From: Candidatus Omnitrophota bacterium
Lineage (GTDB): Bacteria; Omnitrophota; Gorgyraeia; Duberdicusellales; Duberdicusellaceae
DNA: 64,000 bases
Assembly (NCBI GenBank): GCA_016932855.1
Contig: JAFGCB010000023.1
Coordinates: 4,825 to 68,824 of the forward strand
Reading direction: 5' to 3'
The notes under the pieces were generated by a model. It saw nothing but the letters and a program-made list of their open reading frames with translations. It did not search any database and had not been told where the DNA came from. This document shows, in pieces, positions 1-10,147 of this stretch (the first letter of the stretch is position 1; each line of letters begins with the position of its first letter). The position numbers and the translations under genes are program-made.

Positions 1-226
1 CTTGAATATCCTCAAGCCGTGAAGAAAGATCCTTATTCTTGGAAAGAAGAGATTTATTCTCATCTTTATATTTCTCCGCTAGCCTGGCCAAATCCTCGTT
101 ATCTTTAACAAGCTTTTCCTTCTCCTTAAATAGGTTTTGGGACTCAGTGTAAAAACGAAAAGTAAAAAAAGTGCTTCCTAAAAAGAGTAGAACTAGTATT
201 ATGATGGGGACTTTACTTTTGTCCAT
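1..226 (-). CDS. Partial (3' end off-window) membrane-anchored coiled-coil protein
   Basis: ATG at 226 with AGGAGGTG RBS at 231-238. My translation is MDKSKVPIIILVLLFLGSTFFTF..., followed by E/K/L-rich heptad-like sequence, open to base 1. Not in the supplied ORF track. Confidence 0.7.
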   Translation of the reverse strand, partial: MDKSKVPIIILVLLFLGSTFFTFRFYTESQNLFKEKEKLVKDNEDLARLAEKYKDENKSLLSKNKDLSSRLEDIQ

Positions 227-351
227 CAATCACCTCCTTATACTAGGATTATATACAATTCTTAAATATCTGTAAAGATATTTCTTAATCTTTACGCTTA
301 ATAGACTAAACTGGAATATTAAAATTTATATGTTAAAAACAAAATCTCTGG

Positions 352-1542
352 CTAAGCGTAAGCAAAGATATTTCTTACTACAAGATTAGCCGCGCCTAAA
401 GCAACGGCCTCTGTGCCTAAAGAAGAAGGGACAACTTTCAGATTATTAACCATTTCATCAAAGGCGTGATTTTTAATATTTTTATAAATGCTCTCTACAA
501 AATCGAAGCCTCCCTTCTCCAGGCCCCCTCCTATTATAACCACCTGGGGATTAAAAATATTTATCAGCATTGCTATTTTTATCCCTAAGGCCCTGGCGGC
601 TTCATTAATCAGCTCTTTTACTTTTGCATCTTTCCCGGCCCAGGAAAAAACATCATCTAGATTATGGACGCTTTCCGCGGTCTCTTTATTTAAAACTTTT
701 CTCGTTCTTTCGACGAGGCCTAAATCGTAAGACCATTGTTTAAAGAAAGAATAGCTTCCCAAGTAAGAAGCCTCTTCCTGAGGCTGGGAATTTATAAAAA
801 GCTCGCCTGCGCAGCCGTCGTTACCGGTATAAAGCTCGCCGTTAATCATCATTCCGCAGCCTACTCCCGAAAACATATATATCACGTTCTTTACCTCGGG
901 ATCCAGAGAAAGCCAATATTCGGCGAAACAGGCAAGGTTGGCGTCATTGCCGATAAACACGGGTATTCCGAACTTCTCCTCCAAAAACCCCTTAAGCGGC
1001 ATGGATATATAAGAATAAAAAAGCTGGCCGTTCTCTTTCTGGGGCCAGCGAATAACCCCTTTTTTATTGTCCACCACTCCGCCGATGCCGACGCCTATAC
1101 CCCGGACCTTTTCTTTATCGCCCTTGGCGAAGTTAAATAATTCCTCTCCTATTGAAAGAACGGTATCTATAATTTCGTTGGGCATGCGGGTGGGTTTTTC
1201 ACGCTTGTATTTATATACGACTTTTCCCTCTAAATCCGTAATCACACCGATGCTGCTGAAAAGATTTACGCCTATTCCGAAAGAATAGGCTGCCTTAGAG
1301 TTAATATCCAAAAGCATAGGCGGCCTTCCTCCGGAGGAAGTATCATACTCCTTCTCATAAACTATATTCTGGGCTATGAGCCGATCCAGATAATGAGATA
1401 TCGTAACCGGGTTAATCCCTGAAGCCTTGGAAATGTCCGCCCTGCTTAAAGGGCCTTTTCTTCTTAAGATCTCTAAGATCAAGAAACTCCTTCTTGAACG
1501 CTCGGTCATTTCCTCTTCAAATAATGGCCGCTCTTTATCCAT
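352..1542 (-). CDS. ROK-family (NagC/XylR-like) transcriptional regulator
   Basis: N-terminal winged HTH (SRADISKASGINPVTISHYL...SSGGRPP) and ROK motifs GIGVGIGG, NDANLACFAE, GVGCG, G.AGE and IIGGG. GGAGG RBS upstream. Confidence 0.93.
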   Translation of the reverse strand: MDKERPLFEEEMTERSRRSFLILEILRRKGPLSRADISKASGINPVTISHYLDRLIAQNIVYEKEYDTSSGGRPPMLLDINSKAAYSFGIGVNLFSSIGVITDLEGKVVYKYKREKPTRMPNEIIDTVLSIGEELFNFAKGDKEKVRGIGVGIGGVVDNKKGVIRWPQKENGQLFYSYISMPLKGFLEEKFGIPVFIGNDANLACFAEYWLSLDPEVKNVIYMFSGVGCGMMINGELYTGNDGCAGELFINSQPQEEASYLGSYSFFKQWSYDLGLVERTRKVLNKETAESVHNLDDVFSWAGKDAKVKELINEAARALGIKIAMLINIFNPQVVIIGGGLEKGGFDFVESIYKNIKNHAFDEMVNNLKVVPSSLGTEAVALGAANLVVRNIFAYA

Positions 1543-1818
1543 TAACTATAACCTCCCTAAATAATTCAATATCTGACTAAAAAAACAGATTGCTTTACAA
1601 TCCAGGGCTCTTAAGCTAAATATACCTAACCAGCCAACACACACCCTTTTAAAAATTTTACCAAAACAATACGTTTTTTCAATATTAAAATTAAATTTGA
1701 TGCCTTTATGCCAAACCGGCTCCGCAAAGAAACATAAGCCTAAAATTGATTAAATCTGAGAATACTCTATATTTTGGAATGATTAAAAGGGGCTTTTAGT
1801 AAGACGCCTAAGGCGGGT

Positions 1819-3474
1819 CTACTTAACAACAAGAGGGACTCTTTGGGTATAGATTTCTCTGCCCAGGAAAAAGATAGATAAATCAAGAGCGTAATCACCG
1901 GATCTCTCGAAGGAACGAGAAAATTGCCTTTCCTGCACCTCAGCTATCATCATATTGTCTTTTTCTATCCTCCAAGAAAAGCCTAAAAGAGCCTCCGGTA
2001 AGCTAGGTTCTATAACAGCCTCAAAAGTAATGTTTTTATCCTTATCATCCTTAAAAGATATATCCAAGCCATAAATATTGATAAGTGCGGCGTCAGCACC
2101 CAGTATGCCCTTGGGTATTCTTTCCGCCAGACTCAATACTTTAAAACCTTCTTTTTTAAAAGAGGTGAAAAAAGCAGGCACATTTGTGGTTATCTTTACC
2201 TCGCCTAAGTCTCCTGACCATAAAAAAAGCCCTTCCGGAGCTAAACAGCCTGTTTCCGGTAAGAAAGAAGTGCTTTTAATCTCTATTTTTTCTCCTATAA
2301 AAGCCTTAAAAGGCCTGGCTTCCACCTGCAAAACCCCGTCTGCGCAGGTCTCTTCTTGAGACAAAAAATCCCAAAATGCTCTCTGGCTGTAATCAAACTC
2401 GCTTAAGGCCTGATCTTTATTAATAATCTCAAGCTGTTCAGCTGCATGGGTATTTCTTTTGGCTACCTTATTGAAATAAATCTTGGCTTTATCGAAATCT
2501 TTAAGTTTATACATATATATGAATCCCGAACGCAAGGCCACCTCGTCAAAAAGTAAAGACCCAGGATAAGCCTTAAGAAATTCTTCATAAATTTTTAAGG
2601 CCCTCTCATACTCAAAAGCCCTCTCAAGATTATAGCCTCTAATGTATAACAAATCCTCATTTAGAGAAAAGTCGAAATCCTTATCCAGCTTGTCAAAGAG
2701 CTCTTCTGCGAAATAGGGAGCGCACTGCTGATTAAATCCGTCACAGGATGTCCTGCCGATAAGGTTTAGAATATTTCTCTTGAGTTGGTTCTTATCTTCG
2801 ATTAAAGAAAGACAAGCTTTAGATAAAACTACGAAATTATCCAAATCTTCATTAAGATAAAAACTTTCGGCCTCTGATTTTAGAAAATATTCCGAGCCGG
2901 AACTTTTAAGAATCTTTATGTACAAAGAGGACAGCTTGCGCTTTATGTCTCTTTTCGGCTCGGCGCTTAACTCTGAAATTGCTGTTTTAAGAAAGGAAAG
3001 GGTCTTAGGGGTAGCTGACTTTATAGCGCTTACCTGGCTTAAGAAGCTTTCAAAAATATCTTTTTTCGATTTCTTTCCCAAGAATTCTTTTAGCCTGAAA
3101 AGAAGGTATTCCGCCTTAAGCCTTAAATGCTGAGGCTCTTTTATCTGGGCGGCTAATCTCTCTACTTCCTCTTCATAGGAATCCCGGAAAGTAAAGAAAT
3201 TCTCCCAGTCTTTCTCGTCCTGCCACTTCTTAAGCTTCGAAAATAACTCCTCGGCCCTCTCGATGTTTTTCTCGGAAGATGCCTCTAGCTTATCTAGCTC
3301 TTGGGCCCTAAGAGGCGCAAAAAACACCGTCCCTAAAAGCAACAAAAAGCCTAAGCTTAATGCCTTAAAGAAAAATCCTGAATTGTTTTTATGTTTTACG
3401 GCTTTTGACTTTTGGCTTTTGACTTTTGACTTGACTGGCTTATTCATCTTCCAAGAATTTCTGGGGGCTGGCAA
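1819..3474 (-). CDS. Exported TPR-containing protein with C-terminal PKD/Ig-like beta domains (true start probably slightly downstream)
   Basis: Signal-like hydrophobic segment ending in LRA|QE. BamD/YbgF-like TPR (ALKIYEEFLKAYPGS...ALRSGFIY...AKIYF). PKD-like FSWRI...F...GDY at the C-terminus. Confidence 0.6.
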   Translation of the reverse strand: MPAPRNSWKMNKPVKSKVKSQKSKAVKHKNNSGFFFKALSLGFLLLLGTVFFAPLRAQELDKLEASSEKNIERAEELFSKLKKWQDEKDWENFFTFRDSYEEEVERLAAQIKEPQHLRLKAEYLLFRLKEFLGKKSKKDIFESFLSQVSAIKSATPKTLSFLKTAISELSAEPKRDIKRKLSSLYIKILKSSGSEYFLKSEAESFYLNEDLDNFVVLSKACLSLIEDKNQLKRNILNLIGRTSCDGFNQQCAPYFAEELFDKLDKDFDFSLNEDLLYIRGYNLERAFEYERALKIYEEFLKAYPGSLLFDEVALRSGFIYMYKLKDFDKAKIYFNKVAKRNTHAAEQLEIINKDQALSEFDYSQRAFWDFLSQEETCADGVLQVEARPFKAFIGEKIEIKSTSFLPETGCLAPEGLFLWSGDLGEVKITTNVPAFFTSFKKEGFKVLSLAERIPKGILGADAALINIYGLDISFKDDKDKNITFEAVIEPSLPEALLGFSWRIEKDNMMIAEVQERQFSRSFERSGDYALDLSIFFLGREIYTQRVPLVVK

Positions 3475-4666
3475 AGAAATCCCTCAAAACATAGTAGGCT
3501 TTACGGGGTTTTTTAAGGAAAGTTCCTTCTTCGTCTTTGCTGAAAGCTGTTATTCCGAACCATTCTTCGTTCATATTTAAATTCCTGGACACTTTTATGT
3601 CAAAATAATAAGAGCCGTTTGACCACCCGCCCAGGGTATCGTGATATACCCATCGGCAGCTGTCCGAAGGGTTATATTTCCACCATTCATCGTTCCATTC
3701 AAAAATAATCCCTCCCAGGCAGTTACCTTCGGGGATCCTCTCGAAAGTATTCTTGTAGATGTCTAACCACTGAAAAAGCAAGAATTCAGCCTGGATATCC
3801 TGGTCTTCCTTGTTGCGATAGGCATCATAAGCATCGCAGCCCATCTCGGCGATAAGAACAGGTTTATCAAAAATGCTCTTTACTGAGTTAAAAATATTCC
3901 CGAATCTTTTTCCTCTATAAAAAATCAAAGCCAGCAAATCCACGTCTTTGGCATATTTTGCGGCGATATCCAAAGTAATCAGCTCCCCGTTTCCTAAGGC
4001 TACGGGATGGCCTTGGTCTATTTCTTTTATACCTTTACTGATATCATTCATTAAGCTGTAATAAATCTCCGCCTTCTTGCATATCTTCTGGGAAGGATCC
4101 TCTATGGCATCAGCTTGGGGACAAGGCCAGGGATTTACCTTGCCTGAAAAAGAATAGTTGTTTTCATTGCCAAGAATCCACATCAAAAGCCCTTCCTCGT
4201 CTTTTAAGGCTTCTACCATCTCCAAAACTTCTTTTTTAACCTCTTCTCTGAACTTCTCGTCGCCGTAAAAAGGGCAAGGATAATTCCAGAAACCTACCCA
4301 ATGACCCATTACAGTGTAAATGCCGTTCTTATAAAACTGTCTGATTACTTTCTTGGTCTTCTCTAAATCCGGACTGGGAACATAAAGCCGCACTACGTTA
4401 AAGCCCGCTTCCTTTAGCAACTTGGCGTCTTTATCTATCGCATCTAAATCCTGCCAAAAGTCGTAATTATAGTCGCTTCCCGGCGGGACAGGGTGATAGA
4501 CAACTCCTTTTACCAGAAAAGGCTGGCCGTCTACAATAAGCTTGTAGCCTTTTTCCGGGGTGCTTTTAATCTCTACTTTAACAGCCCGGGCGTCATTGCA
4601 AAATGCAAAATGCAAAATGCAAAATGCAAAGGCTGCAAGAAATAGTAATTTTCTCATAGCTATCAC
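3440..4666 (-). CDS. Secreted clan GH-A (GH2-TIM-barrel-like) glycoside hydrolase
   Basis: Signal peptide; VDGQPFLVKGVVY, GFNVVRLY, WILGNEN (acid/base position), IAEMG (nucleophile position), FEWNDEWWK and EEWFG. Confidence 0.8.
   Translation of the reverse strand: MIAMRKLLFLAAFAFCILHFAFCNDARAVKVEIKSTPEKGYKLIVDGQPFLVKGVVYHPVPPGSDYNYDFWQDLDAIDKDAKLLKEAGFNVVRLYVPSPDLEKTKKVIRQFYKNGIYTVMGHWVGFWNYPCPFYGDEKFREEVKKEVLEMVEALKDEEGLLMWILGNENNYSFSGKVNPWPCPQADAIEDPSQKICKKAEIYYSLMNDISKGIKEIDQGHPVALGNGELITLDIAAKYAKDVDLLALIFYRGKRFGNIFNSVKSIFDKPVLIAEMGCDAYDAYRNKEDQDIQAEFLLFQWLDIYKNTFERIPEGNCLGGIIFEWNDEWWKYNPSDSCRWVYHDTLGGWSNGSYYFDIKVSRNLNMNEEWFGITAFSKDEEGTFLKKPRKAYYVLRDFFASPQKFLEDE
4597..4630. repeat. Heptamer tandem repeat (TGCAAAA)x~5 inside a signal peptide
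   Basis: Read directly; encodes FAFCILHFAFC. Confidence 0.9.
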
Positions 4667-4746
4667 TTGCTATACTAAAGCGGATATTTAAGGCTGTCCA
4701 CCGCCTTAATTCTATACGCTACCCGCTATCCGCTATACGCTAAACA

Positions 4747-5892
4747 CTACTGCCCTTCGTACTTTATCTCATCCAGATAAAAGGTTGCTCCTTCGGGATT
4801 AACATCGGCATTGGTAGTCCAGCAAAAACCTCCGATAACATAGGATAAATCCTTGCCTCTTAAATCAATGGTGTATTGCTTCCAGTCTTTAGTCAAAACA
4901 ACCGGGCCGATTCCCGCTGAGTCGGAATCGGAATATTCACCCATGATTCCGCCCATCTTGAACTCTTCAATTCTTTCACCGCCGTTTTCACCCTTAGCCC
5001 AGAAAGTAAGCTTGGTTGCGCCTGATAAATCAAAGCCGCCGTCTCTAGAACCCCAGTTATTTACCGGGTTCTGCCAATAAATACCTGACCAACGGGCACC
5101 CTGAGTTCCTTCAGCGGTATAGACAACTTTCATACAGGAAGAACCTGAATAGGCGCTGCCTTTGTAATTTACATTTATCCTTACGTCTCCGAAATCACCC
5201 ATGTAACCGGAAGGAATATAGTGGTTATCTAAAGAGCTTCCGTCGGCGTAGACATAGAAAGGAAACCCGATTTTCATGGATTCCGGCTCAAGAGTAGGAT
5301 CAAAGAGGTAATAGATATCGTCTAAGTAAACAGTTGCCCCTCCGACAGTCTGGTCAGCTGAAAACATCACGCAGAAGCCGCCGCTTATGTAAGATAAATC
5401 CAATCCGGCTAAATTCACCGAGTATTCCTGCCAGGTGGATGTAAGCTGAATCGGGCCTGCCTCTTTTTCTCCTGAATCAGGAAAAGCAACCTCTGTCCCT
5501 AGGCCCATGCCTCCAACTTTTACTTTGTTTATTACTTCTGTGCCGTTCTGGCCTCTGGCCTTAAAAACCAGCTTGTTAAAACCGGTTAAATCGAATCCGC
5601 CTTTGCGGTTACCCCAGTTGTTAGGCGGAGACTGCCAGTAAATGCCTGCCCACGCCCGGCCTTGAGTTCTCTTTCCGGAATAAACTATTTTTATACAAGT
5701 AGCTCCTGAAGCGGGTTCCTCCATATTCTGGTCATCCAGGCTTAAATCTCCCACATCTCCCATCCAGCCGCTCGGCGCGTAATGATTGGAAGGAGAATTT
5801 CCGTCGGTGTAAACGTCGAACTTCTTATCTTCCTGAGCATAACCTAAAGAAACAATCCCTGAGATTAACAAGAGAATCAAAATTCGCTTCAT
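4747..5892 (-). CDS. Secreted protein with two tandem carbohydrate-binding-like (beta-sandwich) domains
   Basis: Signal peptide and an internal duplication (NHYxPSGxMGD...WxGIYWQxPxNNWG.R.GGFDL.G...LTxxWxxYxxxL...DLSYxxGGFC...YLDxI, twice). AAAGGAGG RBS. Confidence 0.75.
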   Translation of the reverse strand: MKRILILLLISGIVSLGYAQEDKKFDVYTDGNSPSNHYAPSGWMGDVGDLSLDDQNMEEPASGATCIKIVYSGKRTQGRAWAGIYWQSPPNNWGNRKGGFDLTGFNKLVFKARGQNGTEVINKVKVGGMGLGTEVAFPDSGEKEAGPIQLTSTWQEYSVNLAGLDLSYISGGFCVMFSADQTVGGATVYLDDIYYLFDPTLEPESMKIGFPFYVYADGSSLDNHYIPSGYMGDFGDVRINVNYKGSAYSGSSCMKVVYTAEGTQGARWSGIYWQNPVNNWGSRDGGFDLSGATKLTFWAKGENGGERIEEFKMGGIMGEYSDSDSAGIGPVVLTKDWKQYTIDLRGKDLSYVIGGFCWTTNADVNPEGATFYLDEIKYEGQ

Positions 5893-6033
5893 ACTCTGCC
5901 TCCTTTCGTGTTTTTAACATCTGGCTTAAGCTCCTAATCTTTGGATTATTTTGCTCACCCCCTTACCTATATAATATATAAACGCCTCCCAAATTGATAA
6001 TTTTAAATTGCTAATTTTACATTTTAACTTTTA

Positions 6034-8355
6034 TTATCTATTCCAAAGAGCTTTATAGGCAAAATAAGCCTTTTTAAGCTGGCGCAAGAAGGGAGAGTTT
6101 CTTCCGTCTCCTTGACCGACTAAGCCTAACCATTCCTCATGCATGTGTCCGTCTAAGAAAGGTCCGGTAAATAACCCTTCCTTATCATGGTATCCGGGCT
6201 CGTAAGCCTTCCACCACTCATCAAGCCACTCAAAGACTACCCCGCCCAGGGCCGAGCCGGCTCCTGAACCGGCAAGGTTGTTTTCAATATCTTGCCAGCA
6301 GCCCCGGTGATACTCCTCCTGAAAACCTTCGGCCTCCTCAAGAGTGTAACCTTTAGCGATGCTGGCAGCCCCATATTCAGTTACCAAACAAGGCTTGCCT
6401 GTATAATCTCTTACGTCCTGCCAGAAAGAGCCAAATCCGTATTTTCCTCTGTAAATATTAGCTCCGAATATATCTACATTGCCGCTGTGCTCGGCGAATA
6501 AATCTAAATAGAGCGTATCGCCTGAACAGATACCCACCGGCCGGCGGCCCGAATCTTTTTCTTTTACGAACTGCGCGGCCTTATCTACAAACTTAAAAAA
6601 ACTTGCCGGGTCTTTATCGGCATTACAAGCAACTCCGTAAACGTTCTCATTGCCTAAGAGCCACATAAGAATATAGGGTTCATCCTTAAACTCCTTAAGC
6701 ATCTCTTCTATGTTCTTTAGCATATTAGCCTGGTGTTCAGGATTGGAGTAATCCGTGCCTTTCTCCCATGAGGCGCCGCTTCCGAAGGCGTATTTTCCCA
6801 AAAAATTCCCCATTATGGTCATTATCCCGTAATCCTGGTAGAGCTTTCTTAGAATTTTTTTATCGGGCGTATTGGGCTGGTAATAGACTCTTATGCAATT
6901 TACACCCATTTCCTTAAGAAGCTTAAAATCGCCGACCGTTTTCTCGTCGGGGTCTTTTTCATTATCACGGTTTTTATCGACCCAGGCTTCGAACGGCGCG
7001 TCGATTATATTGTTATCATTGGTGTCCTGAAGCGTCCAGTTAGCCATGGTCTGTTCATCCGGGGACTCACCCACCCGGGTAGGAAAATAAGTTATGGCTT
7101 TAATGATAAAAGGCTTGCCTTCAACCAGCAGCCTCCAGTCTGAATTCTTGTACTTAACAAGCTTTACCTTATCGCCTTTTTCTTCTACGACCGGGCCTAA
7201 GAAATATTTCCTTTTAAGGCCGCGCAGGCTGTCAAAGATACTTTTCCTTACGAACTTCCCCGGGTCCACTATAAAAACATCGTTTCTTATATCGGAATCA
7301 AACCCGTTTTCTATCTTAATACTGGCCCCCTCAAGCCTAAGCCCCAGTTCAGTATGCCTTCTTAAAAGATACTCAATCCTGCTTAAGGCGGCCGGGGCCA
7401 CATACCAGGGAGTCGACCAGTAAGTCCAGGCATAGGTTTTAGGAAAATGCACCACCACCGCATAATAAGCTTTTATCGCCTGGGTGATAAGACCGCTTCT
7501 TTCCAATAGATCACCGAGATAAAACTGCTTTACTCCCCAGGGCTCACCGCAGATATTCCATTTATAAAAAGCAAGGCTTAAATCCCGGCTGTTTAGGACC
7601 TGCCAGTGATCAACCTTAAAAAGCTTCTTCTTAAGCTTTATGAACTCCGGGTCATACCTAAAAGATGTGGTATTGGGATATACCCCTTCCCCGCAGGCCA
7701 TGGATAAACCTTCCTGGTCTCTTATTTCGTATTTGTAATCTTTAGTCCCTGCTCCTTTAAATTCCCCGTATTTCTCATAATCAACCGGGAATTGGCCCTT
7801 TCCGTCAGATAAAACAATGTCGGTTATGACCATTTCTTCTTCTTCTTTCTCTTTAATTTCGCCGGTAGTAAGTTTGCTTAAAGTAGCTTCTGCCTTCTCT
7901 TTAATGGACCAAAACCAACCCCGGGGATCCCAGGCTAGAGCATAAGGATATTTATCGATTAAAGTCTTAAATAATTCTTTAGCCTCGGAGATTTTTACCT
8001 CTCTCATAAGAGCCTCGCCCTTAATAAAATAACAAGTGGCCACGTCATTCATTGCCTTGCATGCATCAGCGCTTTCTTTGGAAGGCAAGCTGCTTAACCC
8101 CGAGGCTATACTGTCAGCTTCAGCCTCAAACTTAAGCATACATTCATCGGTGATTTGATAAACTGCGCTAAAATTCTTCTTGCCCAGCTCATCCCAGCCC
8201 CTCTTTACATAATCCGATGAATCCTGGCCAAAACAGACTAAAGACCAAACCTTGCCTGCCGGCAGGCAGGGACTAAAGACCAAAAAGAAAACAAAGACAG
8301 CCAGTCCTATATTTACCTTTGATTTTATTAACATTTTCGCTTTGAACTTAAGCAT
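6034..8355 (-). CDS. Exported TPR-like plus clan GH-A TIM-barrel glycoside hydrolase (paralog of 3440-4666)
   Basis: N-terminal TPR-like helices. C-terminal GKPFIIKAITY, GVNCIRVY, WLLGNEN, VTEYG, FEWLDEWWK and EEWLG. Confidence 0.75.
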   Translation of the reverse strand: MLKFKAKMLIKSKVNIGLAVFVFFLVFSPCLPAGKVWSLVCFGQDSSDYVKRGWDELGKKNFSAVYQITDECMLKFEAEADSIASGLSSLPSKESADACKAMNDVATCYFIKGEALMREVKISEAKELFKTLIDKYPYALAWDPRGWFWSIKEKAEATLSKLTTGEIKEKEEEEMVITDIVLSDGKGQFPVDYEKYGEFKGAGTKDYKYEIRDQEGLSMACGEGVYPNTTSFRYDPEFIKLKKKLFKVDHWQVLNSRDLSLAFYKWNICGEPWGVKQFYLGDLLERSGLITQAIKAYYAVVVHFPKTYAWTYWSTPWYVAPAALSRIEYLLRRHTELGLRLEGASIKIENGFDSDIRNDVFIVDPGKFVRKSIFDSLRGLKRKYFLGPVVEEKGDKVKLVKYKNSDWRLLVEGKPFIIKAITYFPTRVGESPDEQTMANWTLQDTNDNNIIDAPFEAWVDKNRDNEKDPDEKTVGDFKLLKEMGVNCIRVYYQPNTPDKKILRKLYQDYGIMTIMGNFLGKYAFGSGASWEKGTDYSNPEHQANMLKNIEEMLKEFKDEPYILMWLLGNENVYGVACNADKDPASFFKFVDKAAQFVKEKDSGRRPVGICSGDTLYLDLFAEHSGNVDIFGANIYRGKYGFGSFWQDVRDYTGKPCLVTEYGAASIAKGYTLEEAEGFQEEYHRGCWQDIENNLAGSGAGSALGGVVFEWLDEWWKAYEPGYHDKEGLFTGPFLDGHMHEEWLGLVGQGDGRNSPFLRQLKKAYFAYKALWNR

Positions 8356-8360
8356 AATTC

Positions 8361-9980
8361 CTATGATTTCTCTTCTCCTCTTCTTTCTTCTCCTCTTCTT
8401 TCTTCTCCGCGTCTTTCTATTGTTCTTCTTTCTTCTTTTCGTCTTTCTTCTCTTCGTCTTTCGACCTGCATGCGGATATCATATGCTTTAGCCGCGGTGA
8501 GGCCGATCGTTCGAATGATAAAAATAGCAACGATCGAGGTCACAATTGGAATACAAACATCAAGAATTCTCATCCATAATAAGGTGTCCGCTGCTTGGGC
8601 AATGCCAAGCTCCTGTTTAAAGCCAGTCCATACCAGGAGTGCCCCACCGATTAATGAAGCGAGAGCTAATCCCAGTTTGACCGTCCACCAGTAAACCGCA
8701 CTGAATATTCCTTCCCGGCGTTCACCAGTTTTGAGTTCATCAATATCACAGACATCAGCCACCATTGAAAGGATTATCGTGAAGAGAGATCCCAGGCCAA
8801 ATACAATAAACGGTGCGCAGGCTAAAAGTAAATAATGCTCCCTGACTACTAACGCACAAATCTTTAAAAAGTTGAAAAAACCATGGCCGTCAAACAATTG
8901 CCATAGTTCGCTATTGGCGGGGTGGGTTTGATTGTATCCGACCCACTTCATTGCATAACCGATAATCGAAATGGGAATGGTGACAAAAAAAGCATTGCGT
9001 TTCCCCAGCTTCTTTGAAAGCCACGGGATTCCGGAAACGATACAAACAGTACAAATCGCGCTAAACGTTCCGTAGATACCGAGCAATTTTCCTCCTGCGG
9101 CATAAGCGACATCCGTTGAAGGGGCATTCTGAAAAACATAAAAGAAGATCACGAAAGCAATAAAAGTTGAACTTAACATAAACCCGTTGAAGATCAAAAA
9201 TGTTACCGCGCAGATCTTAACAAAAAGTTTATTTTTAAAAGTAGTAACAATACCTTTAAATAAATTTTTTACAGGGTTCTTTCTTTCGGGTTTGGGCAAA
9301 TCAGCAAAATGCTCTTTGTTAAAAATCGCAGGCAAAATACCGCAGCCGATAATCACCAATCCGATAATAATCGAGACAATCCGTGCGCCAAGAACAGGAT
9401 CCGCGTTTCCTGTCTCAGGATCTTTAAAACTGTACATAATCGCCCAGCACCAAGGAGCAAGCAACCAGGGCACTTGCGCAAAAACTCTGCTCCAACTTTG
9501 CAGGCTCGTACGTTCATGGTGGTCCGGCGTCATTTCATAGCCGAGTGCGATCCAGGGAATCGAGTAACAGGTAAAAGCAACGAAGAAGATAATCTGAAAT
9601 ATTAAAAAATACCAGCTATTAAAAGTAGGGCCGTTGTGCCGGTAAAGCTGAAACATTAATGCATAGCAAATTCCCGCACCAATCGCGCCAAAAAAGATAA
9701 ACGGCCTACGGCGTCCGTATCGGGTGCGCGTATTATCTGAACTGTAGCCGACAATCGGATCTAAAATCGCATCAAAAATACGCGGAATACATCCGATCAG
9801 GCCCACCCAAAGCGGGTTAATGCCTAAACCAAGAATTAAAATAATCACCATCTGCCCGATCCAGGCAGCTTGGCTGTCATTACCCAACGATCCCATACTG
9901 TAGATGAATTTCTGAAAAATCGGAATTCGGTCTTTCTGGGCTGTTATATGGTGGGTTGATTTTTCCTTTGCCTGTTCCAC
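8361..9980 (-). CDS. GPH/MFS sugar:cation symporter (MelB/XylP-like)
   Basis: DAILDPIVGYSSDNTRTRYGRRRP, ALGYEMTPDHHER and ADVCDIDELKTGERREG motifs with about 12 TM segments. GTG start with AAGGAG RBS. Confidence 0.92.
   Translation of the reverse strand: MEQAKEKSTHHITAQKDRIPIFQKFIYSMGSLGNDSQAAWIGQMVIILILGLGINPLWVGLIGCIPRIFDAILDPIVGYSSDNTRTRYGRRRPFIFFGAIGAGICYALMFQLYRHNGPTFNSWYFLIFQIIFFVAFTCYSIPWIALGYEMTPDHHERTSLQSWSRVFAQVPWLLAPWCWAIMYSFKDPETGNADPVLGARIVSIIIGLVIIGCGILPAIFNKEHFADLPKPERKNPVKNLFKGIVTTFKNKLFVKICAVTFLIFNGFMLSSTFIAFVIFFYVFQNAPSTDVAYAAGGKLLGIYGTFSAICTVCIVSGIPWLSKKLGKRNAFFVTIPISIIGYAMKWVGYNQTHPANSELWQLFDGHGFFNFLKICALVVREHYLLLACAPFIVFGLGSLFTIILSMVADVCDIDELKTGERREGIFSAVYWWTVKLGLALASLIGGALLVWTGFKQELGIAQAADTLLWMRILDVCIPIVTSIVAIFIIRTIGLTAAKAYDIRMQVERRREERRKEERRTIERRGEERRGEERRGEEKS
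8371..8460. repeat. Six degenerate 15-bp tandem units encoding the ERR-rich tail of the symporter
   Basis: TCTTCTCCTCTTCTT-type units give RREERRKEERRTIERRGEERRGEERRGEE. Confidence 0.85.
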
Positions 9981-10147
9981 TAATTAGCTCCTTACTAATT
10001 CTAAAGTAAATAGTATTTTACTAATCAATGATAATGCGCATATTATAACAGAAAAAGCTATTGGCACAATATCATTTTCAAAACCCCTCATATGATTCAA
10101 TACTGAATTTACGGGCCTGCCTTAAGACAGGCCTTCTTATTCACAAA

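Noticed and set aside
10113-10133. Hairpin GGCCTG-CCTTAAGA-CAGGCC as an intrinsic terminator
   Set aside because: The stem is short and there is no clear U-tract on the coding strand, so support is insufficient.
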